A DNA stretch of 56,832 nucleotides from a virus. Shown one piece after another: positions 48,060 through 56,832 of this stretch (position 1 is its first letter; every line of letters begins with the position of its first letter). The stretch lies in IMG/VR virus record IMGVR_UViG_3300009073_000005, positions 1 through 56,832 of that record; one strand, 5' to 3'. Below the pieces are notes generated by a model, which saw nothing but the letters and a program-made list of their open reading frames with translations, searched no databases and was not told where the DNA came from. A program made the translations under genes and the position numbers.

Positions 48060-49850
48060 ATGAAAAAAGATAAATACTACTGGCAGGGTGAGGCCGTCGA
48101 TGCCGTCTTTAAATTCGGAAAAGCACACCCGGACAAGAACGGACTAATAGTTGCCCCTGTCGGCACCGGAAAATCACACGTTATAGCGAGAACCGCAAAA
48201 AGAGTAATAGATGCCGGTGGCCGGGTTTTACTTATAACAGACAGCCCAAAGCTTGTGATGCAGAACGCGCTAAGGTGCGAGGAGTACACAAAAACTCGAT
48301 GCGGTATCTACTGCGCAAAGCTTAAAACTAAAGACGTTAAACAGTCGATCATATCCGCCTCCATATATTCGATAGCTTCTGCTCTAAAAAAAGACATAAA
48401 CGCAATTGGCAAATTCGATCTAGTCATGATCGACGAATGCCACATGATAAATTTAAAGGACGTCGGCACGTACCGAAGGGTGATAAGACAGCTACAGGAC
48501 GGTTACAAAAGGCCGCCCCGAATAATAGGTCTAACCGCTACCAATTACAGATTAGGTCAGGGATACATAACCACCGGTTATGACGCGCTCTTTGATACGA
48601 TAATATACGAGTACACCGTAACACAAGCCCTTCTGGACGGCCTATGGTGCCCTCCCGTATCACCCGCAACCGTAAAAGTTTTTGACACATCTTTACTAAA
48701 AAAGAGCGGTGACGATTTCACGAAGGCGTCGAGAAAAAAATACGCTGGAAACAAGGAAACAACCGCACAGGCTGTAGACGATGCTTTGCGAAATTCTAGG
48801 GATAGACACTCTACTATGTGGTTCGCGGCGTCAGTTGAGCAGGCTGTGTGGATAAGAGACATACTATCTGATCGTGGAATAGTTGCGGGCCTGATTGTCG
48901 GTGACAGGAAAATAGCCCCTGATAAGTACCAAGAAAACATGCTCGAAAAATTCGAACGAAACGAGATAAAACATATCGTTAATTGTGAGATGCTAACGAA
49001 GGGTTATGATTGCCCTCGGGTTGATTGCGGTGTATTGTTTTTTGCAACAGCAAGCGCGGCTAAGTTTATGCAAGTCTGCGGTAGGATTTTAAGGTTATAC
49101 GATGGCGAAGATTACAAGAAATATGACGCATTACTACTTGATTACGGTGGCAATTTCGATAGGCATGGTCCTCTTAACAAGCTGCAAATTAAAGACAAGT
49201 TACGAGATAGACCGCCAAGCGGAGACAATTACTTACCGCTCAAGACCTGCCCGAAGTGCAAAGCTGGAAAAATTGCTCTATCTGCTAGAGTCTGCCCGTT
49301 CGAAACGTGCGGATACGAATTCCCAGTAGGGGCGATAAGAAACACCGAGGCCGAGGTAATTGATCCAATAGACTTCGATATGGGCGGGGTTAATGCAAAG
49401 CTTTACGCCGTGGACCAGGTTTATTATTCAATACATGACAAAAAAAGAGTAGGACTGAACAAGTACGTACCGGTAAAAATTCCATCGATGAAGGTAACAT
49501 ATCGATGCGGCAACATCGATGTTGTGGAGTGGGTCCATTACGATCACTATGGCGAGCTAAAGAGACAGGCCAAGATATGGCACTCTATCTTTTCCGAGTC
49601 CAGAATGGTGGAGAGTACGATGGCTAACCTCAAGAACCATAAACAGTTCGCTTGGCCCACGGTTGTTTATGCCTATAAGTCAAAATCAAAATGGTTCCCG
49701 TGCGCATACGGTCTGGGTGGAGATATAGTTTATAAGCCCGGCTTCTTTGGAGGGGTTGCGAACGACATAGAAGAGGTTAAACCCGCAACCATGGAAACTC
49801 TATTTGATCTTGGCTCATTTACAGATACGGGAGCAGTTAATGACAGGTGA
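48060..49850 (+). CDS. Superfamily 2 DEAD/DEAH-type DNA helicase with C-terminal zinc ribbon
   Basis: Walker A VAPVGTGKS, motif II VMIDECH, motif III GLTAT, CPKCKAG..CPFETCG. Confidence 0.8.
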   Translation: MKKDKYYWQGEAVDAVFKFGKAHPDKNGLIVAPVGTGKSHVIARTAKRVIDAGGRVLLITDSPKLVMQNALRCEEYTKTRCGIYCAKLKTKDVKQSIISASIYSIASALKKDINAIGKFDLVMIDECHMINLKDVGTYRRVIRQLQDGYKRPPRIIGLTATNYRLGQGYITTGYDALFDTIIYEYTVTQALLDGLWCPPVSPATVKVFDTSLLKKSGDDFTKASRKKYAGNKETTAQAVDDALRNSRDRHSTMWFAASVEQAVWIRDILSDRGIVAGLIVGDRKIAPDKYQENMLEKFERNEIKHIVNCEMLTKGYDCPRVDCGVLFFATASAAKFMQVCGRILRLYDGEDYKKYDALLLDYGGNFDRHGPLNKLQIKDKLRDRPPSGDNYLPLKTCPKCKAGKIALSARVCPFETCGYEFPVGAIRNTEAEVIDPIDFDMGGVNAKLYAVDQVYYSIHDKKRVGLNKYVPVKIPSMKVTYRCGNIDVVEWVHYDHYGELKRQAKIWHSIFSESRMVESTMANLKNHKQFAWPTVVYAYKSKSKWFPCAYGLGGDIVYKPGFFGGVANDIEEVKPATMETLFDLGSFTDTGAVNDR

Positions 49851-50676
49851 TTTTAAATATTTCGACAGCGCTGGGATAGGTAGACCCAGAGTGAGCCAGG
49901 TAATAAAGCACTGGGAAGGTGATCGGAGCTTTCTGGATAACTACAATAAGAAAAACGTTTTTCACCATATGGTTAGAGAATTTTTACCGTCTATTTTTGC
50001 GCCAAAAATAGAAAGTGCGATAAGTGGGATAATTGGTGGTGATATATCCAGCGAAAAACAGATAACCAAGGCTATAAAAGACATCGTAAAAGTAAGGATA
50101 AGCCGGGGCGGAGATCATGAAAAACAGGTCCTGGAAGGATCGGATAACTTTTTCGCTGCCGATAACGGCACAGCAGTTCACAACATCGGCGAGATGCGAA
50201 TGTGTAAGTACTCGGGGACTCTTTACAAGGGGACCGACCCGCATGTCGATTATATAAGAGAAGAGGCGCCGAGAGAATACATTTATGCGATGAATAGCCT
50301 GGATATGTGGTGGGAAGATTTCAAGAAAAAGAACATGGCGATCGTTGAGGTTGAAAAATCTATGTGCTCCGATCTGCACGGTTTCGGCGGCGAGCCTGAT
50401 CACATCGTAGAGTGGGAGCACGGGGGTTTAAAGATAGGCGACTTTAAGGTTTCACGAGAGATGCGAACGTCCCATATGGTGCAGCTGGGCGCATACTCAA
50501 TACTGGGTAAAGAGTTCGACCTAGACATCCGCGCAACCGAGATAATTCACATACATAAAACAAAAAAACCTGGTTACGAGACCAGGTTAATTTACGGAAG
50601 AGAGCTCGCGGCGTGTGAAAATGCCTTCATGACGTGCTTGTCTATATTTAAACAGAAGGATATGATAGTTATATGA
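49840..50676 (+). CDS. PD-(D/E)XK (Cas4/RecB-like) nuclease
   Basis: GGGAG RBS upstream of the ATG at 49840. GGEPDHIVEW..LKIGDFKVS..MVQLGAYS corresponds to the D..D/ExK..QxxxY motif order. Confidence 0.6.
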   Translation: MTGDFKYFDSAGIGRPRVSQVIKHWEGDRSFLDNYNKKNVFHHMVREFLPSIFAPKIESAISGIIGGDISSEKQITKAIKDIVKVRISRGGDHEKQVLEGSDNFFAADNGTAVHNIGEMRMCKYSGTLYKGTDPHVDYIREEAPREYIYAMNSLDMWWEDFKKKNMAIVEVEKSMCSDLHGFGGEPDHIVEWEHGGLKIGDFKVSREMRTSHMVQLGAYSILGKEFDLDIRATEIIHIHKTKKPGYETRLIYGRELAACENAFMTCLSIFKQKDMIVI

Positions 50677-50903
50677 AAATAGTTAAATCTGGAAGAAACA
50701 GCATAACAGTTACAGCGGAGCCTAGCGATGATAGTGTCGAGTTTCAAAAAAAAATGAACGACACAGTTACCGTTTACTCCTTGTACAACACAACATTAAT
50801 GAGTACTAAAGAAATATCAGATATGATGGGAGAGGAAGAATCCTACGTACTTGAAATAGTAAGCAATATAGAAGAAAGCATAGGAGCAGTTAGAGATGGC
50901 TAA
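50673..50903 (+). CDS. Hypothetical protein (76 aa)
   Basis: 4-nt overlap with the nuclease gene. Confidence 0.5.
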   Translation: MKIVKSGRNSITVTAEPSDDSVEFQKKMNDTVTVYSLYNTTLMSTKEISDMMGEEESYVLEIVSNIEESIGAVRDG

Positions 50904-51204
50904 AAAGATAAAACAAAAAGATAATTCAGTAGATGGAAAGATTGAGAACAAGAGACACAAACGGGTACGGTTAAACCTTATGAAATACTCCGCCCTTTCC
51001 GGGCAGGTAAACCATGTTATGAACCTTATACAAAGAAGCAGTTTCTTTATCGAGAATGACGATATCGGTTTTGACGAATCTGGAAGGTTTTATGTTGACT
51101 GCAAATTTAAATCAGAAGACGGATCTTTTCTTAACCTTTCCGAGCTTGTTGCTTTAGCCGACGGGCTTCAATCTGAAGACTCAGAAACTCCCGACAGCGA
51201 ATAG
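50896..51204 (+). CDS. Hypothetical protein (102 aa)
   Basis: Last rightward gene. Its 3' end overlaps the convergent HNH gene. Confidence 0.5.
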   Translation: MAKKIKQKDNSVDGKIENKRHKRVRLNLMKYSALSGQVNHVMNLIQRSSFFIENDDIGFDESGRFYVDCKFKSEDGSFLNLSELVALADGLQSEDSETPDSE

Positions 51205-51625
51205 CGTACTCGTTTATTACGTCTTCGGTTATGGGGCTCACGTAGGCCCCTATTTCTTTATCCCCGAACCCTTCTATGTTGTGGTGCATTCTGTGGTGAT
51301 TTGAGCATAATGGTATGCACTTCTTAACCTCTCGCATTATGACTTCTGTCTTTTTGTATATAAGCTCTGACGGGTTAAATTCTTTATCTCCAGATATTAC
51401 GTGATGATAATCTATTACGGAGCTATGAAATTCCTCGAAACATATCATGCACTTTGTACCGACAACTTCGGCTAGGCATTCTCTGTTGAACTCGGATATT
51501 TCTGCGTTTATCTTTGAGATACATATTTTGCACCTACTATTCCATTTGTTCTTTCCGTTTCTGTGAAATTCCGATAGGCTTCTTGTTTCATCGCATAGCC
51601 TGCATTTTTTTGTTTCTGATTCCAC
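51131..51625 (-). CDS. HNH endonuclease with N-terminal zinc-finger pairs
   Basis: CRLC..CKIC, CMIC, IDYHHV..NP..CIPLCSNHHRMHH. Confidence 0.7.
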   Translation of the reverse strand: MESETKKCRLCDETRSLSEFHRNGKNKWNSRCKICISKINAEISEFNRECLAEVVGTKCMICFEEFHSSVIDYHHVISGDKEFNPSELIYKKTEVIMREVKKCIPLCSNHHRMHHNIEGFGDKEIGAYVSPITEDVINEYAIRCREFLSLQIEARRLKQQARKG

Positions 51626-51671
51626 TTTTGGAACTAAACACTATTTAAAGCCGCAGTCACCCATACCAAAC

Positions 51672-51692
51672 AAAAAAACCGCCCGAAGGCGG
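51672..51692 (-). terminator. Rho-independent terminator at the end of the late (tail) operon
   Basis: Minus strand: CCGCC-TTCG-GGCGG followed by TTTTTTT. Confidence 0.7.
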
Positions 51693-51715
51693 CTAAAATT
51701 TAATATGGTATTTAA

Positions 51716-51868
51716 CTATACCCCGGCGTCTGACTTCTCAGATTCGACATCGAGAGATATTCCATCCATGACTTCGCCCAAACTTCCTGGGCACTGGTCA
51801 AAAGCGACCCCGAGAGAAACGATTAAGCCAAAGATCGCAACCTTAACTTTTGTAGATATTTCACGCAT
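51716..51868 (-). CDS. Small membrane protein (50 aa from the ATG at 51868)
   Basis: AAGGAG lies 6 nt upstream of the ATG. TM helix VKVAIFGLIVSLGVAF and acidic tail. Confidence 0.55.
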   Translation of the reverse strand: MREISTKVKVAIFGLIVSLGVAFDQCPGSLGEVMDGISLDVESEKSDAGV

Positions 51869-51922
51869 ATTTGCTCCTTTGTTAATGGGTAACATTAACA
51901 CCTGGAAAAAGTGATTGTTTAA

Positions 51923-54900
51923 CTATTCTGCCAGTCTCATTTTAAGCTCGGCAAAAGTTCCACCCGCTGTGGTAAGGAACGACCATGTGCCGAGAGATCC
52001 GTTCTCGAAAACAAGGCTAAGTTTGTCCCCCTTTTCCGCAAAAAAGGTGGAATTCATATCTAGCCTTATATTCCAGAAATTGGTCCCGTTGGTGTTAATT
52101 ATGGTAGCGCCTACCCTTTCTATTACCTCGCCCGTTCCCGATGTCCACTCCTGTCCTGGTCCGCCGTTTGGCGTAAATGTGCCGTTTTTAACTAGCAAGA
52201 GATGTATGTCGAATGGCCTGGCCCCGCCACCGCCGTTTGCAAGGTTTGTGGCGTACCTCATATTAAAGGTTCCATCTTCTTTAACTTCAAAATAATTCAT
52301 GGCCCCAGCGTTTACCACCGGAACGCCATAGTATTGATGATAGAAATTGGCCCCGTAGTCATACCCCTCTGCTCCATCCGGTATTGACGGGGAACTTGCG
52401 GGTACGGTCCCGGCGTTGTTTAGTATTACTAGGTGATTTGTGTCTGCCGGTAGGGTGCTATTAGGGAATACGCTATTATCGGCCATGGTGGTGTAATCCT
52501 TGTATACTTTCACGGCCCTGGCTGTCCTGTAGCCGGAAACACTATCAACATAACAACCGGCGCTCGCGGTAAGAGCCGCCCCAATCAGTATCTTGCAGAA
52601 CTTCGACCCAGCCGGTGCGGATATCCCATCTATCCTGGATTTAGACCACTTAAGTATCTCGAATGCGTTGTCTTTAAAATCTACAAAACTTGTGCCAATT
52701 ATTGTCAATTTGTCCTCCCCTATCCATTCTATCATCATTCCGACCCCAGGAGTGCCTGATGCCGAATCACTTGTCCAGGTTACCTCAAAACTATAGGGAG
52801 TGCTATCATCGCCTAAAATTGGGACAATATCCGATGATAATCCGCGTCTTTCTCCGTTTGTTGTGAATAATGGGCTGTTGCTATTGCTCTCAAAGCTTAT
52901 ACTTTGGGTCCCAGAGGCAGTTACCGTCTTTGAGGGATTTATACCGGAAGAGCTGAGCCATCTGATGCCGGTCCTGTCTTTCCATCCGTCAGGCGTGTAT
53001 CTTTCGCCCCTGGTCATTTGCTGGAAGTTCTGGTTTCTTATTCCAAGGTATTTTCCGCCTGTGTAGTAATCCGTTCTGTCCATAAAGGTTCTAACGGTTG
53101 CGATCATATCACCTGTTCTAACGTCGGTCAGTGATTCTTCGGTGTCCAGTACGGGGGGTTGAGCTATCCCTGGCCTTGCCTCTATTTGTAGCCATTTCTT
53201 GAAACCGGCTGAAGGCTTCCCACGCAGCTTTAACTGGGTGGTTTTCTTTTGATTATCAATGGTATGCGCGACCGACTGCACAGCCAGTATCTGGGAAACC
53301 GTATAATATAGCGGGTTAGGCGTCATGATCGCCTTATCGTTAACAGATACTGTCGGATCGTAATCAACGGTGACGCTGTGCGAGAATTGTGGCTCATCCA
53401 GGTCCTGTATCATCCCCAGGGCGAACCTTCCGGCCTCTTTGACCGTATCGATCTGGCTCGAGCTCTCCTCCGCTACCTCCATGAATTTTCTACCGTATTT
53501 TGCTATAGATGCCGGGTTTTCTATCTGGACGTATGCTGGCGTGCTGTTTCCGTGATTATCGGGACCCATGTTGTCGTTTGTGGCGATATATGACCCCGGT
53601 ATAGTAAGTGCCGTATTAACGTCTGGGCGCGAAGCAGCGTCCGCGTAAGGCTCGCGAGACTGGTATATGACCCGAACTACGTTTCTGACCGTTGTGTCGT
53701 CTATGCGGGCATCTGAGGCCGCCAGAACGTCCTCTGGTTTTATGACTTTTGCCGCAGACACAAGGTCGCGGTCAGGGTCGTGAAAGTCTAGCTCCCAGGC
53801 CGATGTGTCGTTTTGGTACCTGTATTTGCATATCCAGGCCAATTGGGACGCCCTCTCTGTTATAGCACTAAGAACGGGCTCCCGCCTCTGTTTATAGGCT
53901 GCAATATTCCAATCCGGTGATCCCGTGACTCTTAGAGTTATCGGCGAATACGAACCAGTTTTTGCGGGTCTCCCGACCAATTGTTGAGTGTCGTCGTTAT
54001 CGTCCAATATTTTCTGCATTTCACCTTGAACTGGCAAGGTGGACGAAACAACCACAGCTCCGTCATCGTTTTTGTATTGTGCCCCATACTCGTATTCTGT
54101 CTCGATATATGCATCGATTAGTGGGCCAGAAAGGTCCCGGCACTCTATCGATATCTCCTCGGTCCCTCCGAAGTCTATCTGATTTATAGATCCCTTGAAG
54201 ACGCTCATGTAGTCGCTGCTGTCCGGTGATATCAGGTGTGGCGTCATCGCTGAGAACACTTCTATACCTGCACGAGACCTAAGAAGCTCGGAATATGAAA
54301 GAACGTCCAATTTGTCAGAAAAGTTAACAGGGCTGTCCGTCTTAAGCGGTGCCATTGACTTTTTTCTTTTTGATCGCTTTAAAGATATGGTCGCGAGACC
54401 TGTAACCTGGTCGGTCTCGTCTCCGTAAGATATACCAGAAATCCAATCCTCATCAAGAAAGTCTTCAAGCTTTTGGGCAGAAGAATTCTGATCTTCTATT
54501 TCAACAGAAAAGCTTCGCGCCACGTTAAAACTGTCAAGCTTGCCTCGCCTAAAGTCGCCTCGTATTTCTTCATCCGTCAGAGGTCTGTCCCAAAAATAAA
54601 GGCCAGAGCATAGCATGTCCGTATTTGAGACATCCGATGAACCGCTAACCACGCCACCTATGTTAAAACCCGCGAGACTTCCTCCCGTAGGCTTTCCTTC
54701 TCCTGGGCTAAAGTAACCCTGAACCCCATTAACTATTATCTCCAGATCTCTATTCGCCCCGGCCTCTGTGGACCTTATAAGTAAATAGTACCACTCGTCT
54801 TCTTTTAGGTATATGTCTGTTGATCGTTGCGTGAACGTACCACCAGACCTCCATGATGTACGAACCTGCCCACTGTTGAGAACAAAAATACCGGCCTGCC

Positions 54901-55273
54901 CCTGGTATGCCGCTGTCCCCTGTTGCGTGTTGTCTCCCCATACCGCGAAAAGATAACCGCTAGAAGAGGGCATATTAGTTATCTTAACCCATCCCCCAAA
55001 AGTGAAGTCCCCGGAGTTTGTTGCTGCGCCGGTATTAGAATTCCCGTTTGCGTATGATGTGCTATTTGAATAAGAATTGGCTTTCCCGACTATGCCGTTA
55101 ACCTGGGTTATCGTGCCGGTGTGTGTTTGCATGTTGTAAGTGGTGGAAGAAGAAAACTGCCAGCACGCACTATTCGTGTTTGAGTCCGTATCGAGGTGAA
55201 AGTGCCTATTCGATACAGATTTGTAATGTATTTTTGGGTGTACGCCTCTATCATTCTCGTAATATCTTCTCAT
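51923..55273 (-). CDS. Large tail-tip / host-specificity protein with N-terminal LamG (concanavalin-like) domain (1116 aa)
   Basis: FTFGGWVKI..GYLFAVWGD..WYYLLIRS..LEIIVNG..GLYFWDRPLTDEEI is the LamG_3 pattern. It is the last large gene of the tail module. Confidence 0.7.
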   Translation of the reverse strand: MRRYYENDRGVHPKIHYKSVSNRHFHLDTDSNTNSACWQFSSSTTYNMQTHTGTITQVNGIVGKANSYSNSTSYANGNSNTGAATNSGDFTFGGWVKITNMPSSSGYLFAVWGDNTQQGTAAYQGQAGIFVLNSGQVRTSWRSGGTFTQRSTDIYLKEDEWYYLLIRSTEAGANRDLEIIVNGVQGYFSPGEGKPTGGSLAGFNIGGVVSGSSDVSNTDMLCSGLYFWDRPLTDEEIRGDFRRGKLDSFNVARSFSVEIEDQNSSAQKLEDFLDEDWISGISYGDETDQVTGLATISLKRSKRKKSMAPLKTDSPVNFSDKLDVLSYSELLRSRAGIEVFSAMTPHLISPDSSDYMSVFKGSINQIDFGGTEEISIECRDLSGPLIDAYIETEYEYGAQYKNDDGAVVVSSTLPVQGEMQKILDDNDDTQQLVGRPAKTGSYSPITLRVTGSPDWNIAAYKQRREPVLSAITERASQLAWICKYRYQNDTSAWELDFHDPDRDLVSAAKVIKPEDVLAASDARIDDTTVRNVVRVIYQSREPYADAASRPDVNTALTIPGSYIATNDNMGPDNHGNSTPAYVQIENPASIAKYGRKFMEVAEESSSQIDTVKEAGRFALGMIQDLDEPQFSHSVTVDYDPTVSVNDKAIMTPNPLYYTVSQILAVQSVAHTIDNQKKTTQLKLRGKPSAGFKKWLQIEARPGIAQPPVLDTEESLTDVRTGDMIATVRTFMDRTDYYTGGKYLGIRNQNFQQMTRGERYTPDGWKDRTGIRWLSSSGINPSKTVTASGTQSISFESNSNSPLFTTNGERRGLSSDIVPILGDDSTPYSFEVTWTSDSASGTPGVGMMIEWIGEDKLTIIGTSFVDFKDNAFEILKWSKSRIDGISAPAGSKFCKILIGAALTASAGCYVDSVSGYRTARAVKVYKDYTTMADNSVFPNSTLPADTNHLVILNNAGTVPASSPSIPDGAEGYDYGANFYHQYYGVPVVNAGAMNYFEVKEDGTFNMRYATNLANGGGGARPFDIHLLLVKNGTFTPNGGPGQEWTSGTGEVIERVGATIINTNGTNFWNIRLDMNSTFFAEKGDKLSLVFENGSLGTWSFLTTAGGTFAELKMRLAE

Positions 55274-56047
55274 TTAAATCTCCGAAAATTCAACACTAAG
55301 GCTCACCAGATCGCCGTTCGGCCCCATGCCGTCGTGCGTAATATTTACCACCCCAGAGGAGCACTCTACCTTTCCGTTCAGCTTCCCGCCAGAAACTATT
55401 ACGCCCGTTCCGGGTTGATAGTAATCAGAAAAAAGCCTGGCGGCGTGATTGCTTGTTATGTAATTATCGCAAAGGGTGAAATAGTGTATCTGCATATTCG
55501 CGAGAACCGATCCTGCCACGTTGAAACCGGTACCAACCTTGTTTATGTAAGGGGCCACCCCATCCACCCTAATTCCGTTCACGAAGTGCCAGTCTCTGTC
55601 CGTCACGCAATAGTGATCCCAGCTAGAATCGTCACCGACATTGCCCGATCTGTATCTTGCGAAATTTATTGACCATTGGTCTTTAAATCCGACGTCAAAA
55701 GTAGTGGAGGTTGTCACAAGATAACCGGTACCGAATGGCGTAGTTATGCCGAGACCTGCGGTGTTATAAGTTGATCCTAGTTCTGGCATGATGCCGCCGT
55801 CCGAATAGATGGCTCCGTCGAAGTCCCATCCATCATTAAGCCCAGAGAAAAGGTTACTGATCGTATCTGCGTCTTCTTTTTTTATATGTGATATGGCGAG
55901 TGACCATCTTCGTTTTATCTGTGATGATTCTTTTTTTTGTGTCCCATCTATCGACAGGCCCCGCGACGAAGTGGGGGCATATACAACTTTAAGGGAGGCA
56001 TCCTTTGCCGGCACTGTCCACCCGTTAACCTTGATCGATGACATCAT
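55274..56047 (-). CDS. Tail-tip protein (257 aa), paralogue of 56025..56771
   Basis: Shares IKVNGWTVP, KRRWSLAISHI and C-terminal SGGKLNG..LVSLSVEF with its neighbour. Position is downstream of the tape measure. Confidence 0.55.
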   Translation of the reverse strand: MMSSIKVNGWTVPAKDASLKVVYAPTSSRGLSIDGTQKKESSQIKRRWSLAISHIKKEDADTISNLFSGLNDGWDFDGAIYSDGGIMPELGSTYNTAGLGITTPFGTGYLVTTSTTFDVGFKDQWSINFARYRSGNVGDDSSWDHYCVTDRDWHFVNGIRVDGVAPYINKVGTGFNVAGSVLANMQIHYFTLCDNYITSNHAARLFSDYYQPGTGVIVSGGKLNGKVECSSGVVNITHDGMGPNGDLVSLSVEFSEI

Positions 56048-56771
56048 CGCCCCCTCTGATCGTTAAAGACATTGTTACGAATCCGGTTTTCTCTGACTCG
56101 GATATTTCATCAACGGATATGTGGCAGTTCTTTGCTTCGCCATCGAATAGCCTACCTGTTACCGCAACCAGGGGGGCGGGGCCGTACCGGTTTTTGTCAT
56201 AACTATACTCTGCAAAAAAAACATCATCTAACCTATAAGGGAAGATAACAAGGTTGCAGAGATCATCAAGTACCGTGAAATTCAGGTTAACCTCTCCAGC
56301 CGAGTGAGTAGCTATTACTCCGGTCGCGGTTGTGTTGTCGTTATCAAGAAAGAACGGTTTACCGCCAAGGTTTCCAAATACTGTCCAGTCGTCTGATTGA
56401 ATATCATATGCAACATTGCCGCCGACGACGGTTGATCCGTTCGTATTGTACGGGGTCGATGCGTCAGGGTCCACAACACATGACGACATAAGGTAAGAAG
56501 ACGGCCTTATACCGGTAGATCCCTCGTTGCCGTTCGAGAAGTCTATATGATGATACTGGCCTTCACATATCTTTCTCAGTTGCTCGGCTATGTTTTCTCT
56601 CATTAATGATGTTTTAAGGTTGTAAACCTTTCTTCGGTTCCGAACACCGTCGAACATTATCCCGCCAACAGACCTGGTATAGCTTCCGATGTATTCGAAG
56701 GTCTCTGTGAGGCTTCCAATTTCCACCGGTACCACATGCCCGTTAACCTTTAAAAATCTTTCCATATACAT
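56025..56771 (-). CDS. Distal tail protein candidate (248 aa); its start overlaps the tape measure stop across the window junction
   Basis: The ATG at 56771-56769 equals positions 62-60, so TAATG overlaps the tape measure TAA (64-62). LKVNGHVVP, RRKVYNLKTSL, TGRLFDG..FVTMSLTI. Confidence 0.6.
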   Translation of the reverse strand: MYMERFLKVNGHVVPVEIGSLTETFEYIGSYTRSVGGIMFDGVRNRRKVYNLKTSLMRENIAEQLRKICEGQYHHIDFSNGNEGSTGIRPSSYLMSSCVVDPDASTPYNTNGSTVVGGNVAYDIQSDDWTVFGNLGGKPFFLDNDNTTATGVIATHSAGEVNLNFTVLDDLCNLVIFPYRLDDVFFAEYSYDKNRYGPAPLVAVTGRLFDGEAKNCHISVDEISESEKTGFVTMSLTIRGGDDVIDQG

Positions 56772-56832
56772 TAGTTACCATTATTGTTTGATCTAGTCGA
56801 TAAAGGATTACCGAAAACTAGGCTAGACCTTC
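56710..56832. repeat. Terminal direct repeat, copy 2 (identical to 1..123)
   Basis: Read directly. Confidence 0.9.

Overview
The window is a complete genome of a tailed dsDNA phage, shown as a linearised circle. Bases 1-123 recur exactly at 56710-56832, so the unit length is 56709 bp and the tail operon runs across the window ends. The minus strand (20337->62, continuing 56771->51716) carries an HK97/GTA-like siphovirus morphogenesis module. In order it holds terS, terL, a portal fused to a MuF domain, a prohead protease-scaffold, an HK97-type capsid protein and connector proteins. These are followed by a TP901-1/GTA-type tube protein, G/GT chaperones with a canonical A_AAA_AAG -1 frameshift, a 1472-aa tape measure, two paralogous tail-tip proteins and a 1116-aa LamG protein. 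Minus strand 37444->20324 is a leftward early region of about 50 small, tightly coupled genes, including RusA, two N6-adenine methyltransferases plus a methyltransferase fragment, a 232-aa serine recombinase, a DnaQ-like exonuclease and a putative 2OG-Fe(II) oxygenase. At least six near-identical sigma70-type promoters drive this region, and each -35 box sits inside a 16-bp palindrome, TGTAAAGTACTTTACA. The plus strand carries two blocks. The accessory block (37752-42776) holds an SPFH/Band-7 lipoprotein, tRNA-Met(CAU), a degenerate tRNA-like element and a secreted protein. The replication block (43326-51204) holds a prim-pol/helicase, a Sak4-like ATPase, a DUF669-like protein, an SF2 helicase and a PD-(D/E)XK nuclease. 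The most unusual feature is a 1.6-kb segment with no credible ORF (30548-32156) in the middle of the early region. It holds 11 copies of a 17-nt motif (GAATCTAAAGYGCGACA), mostly arranged as four convergent inverted pairs. One pair flanks an AT-rich tract with a DnaA-box-like 9-mer, and the segment also contains a GC-rich, hairpin-dense stretch. I read it as a candidate iteron-type origin or protein-binding array, and/or a multi-hairpin RNA locus; this needs experimental testing. All functional calls rest on motifs I recognised by eye, because no database search was possible.
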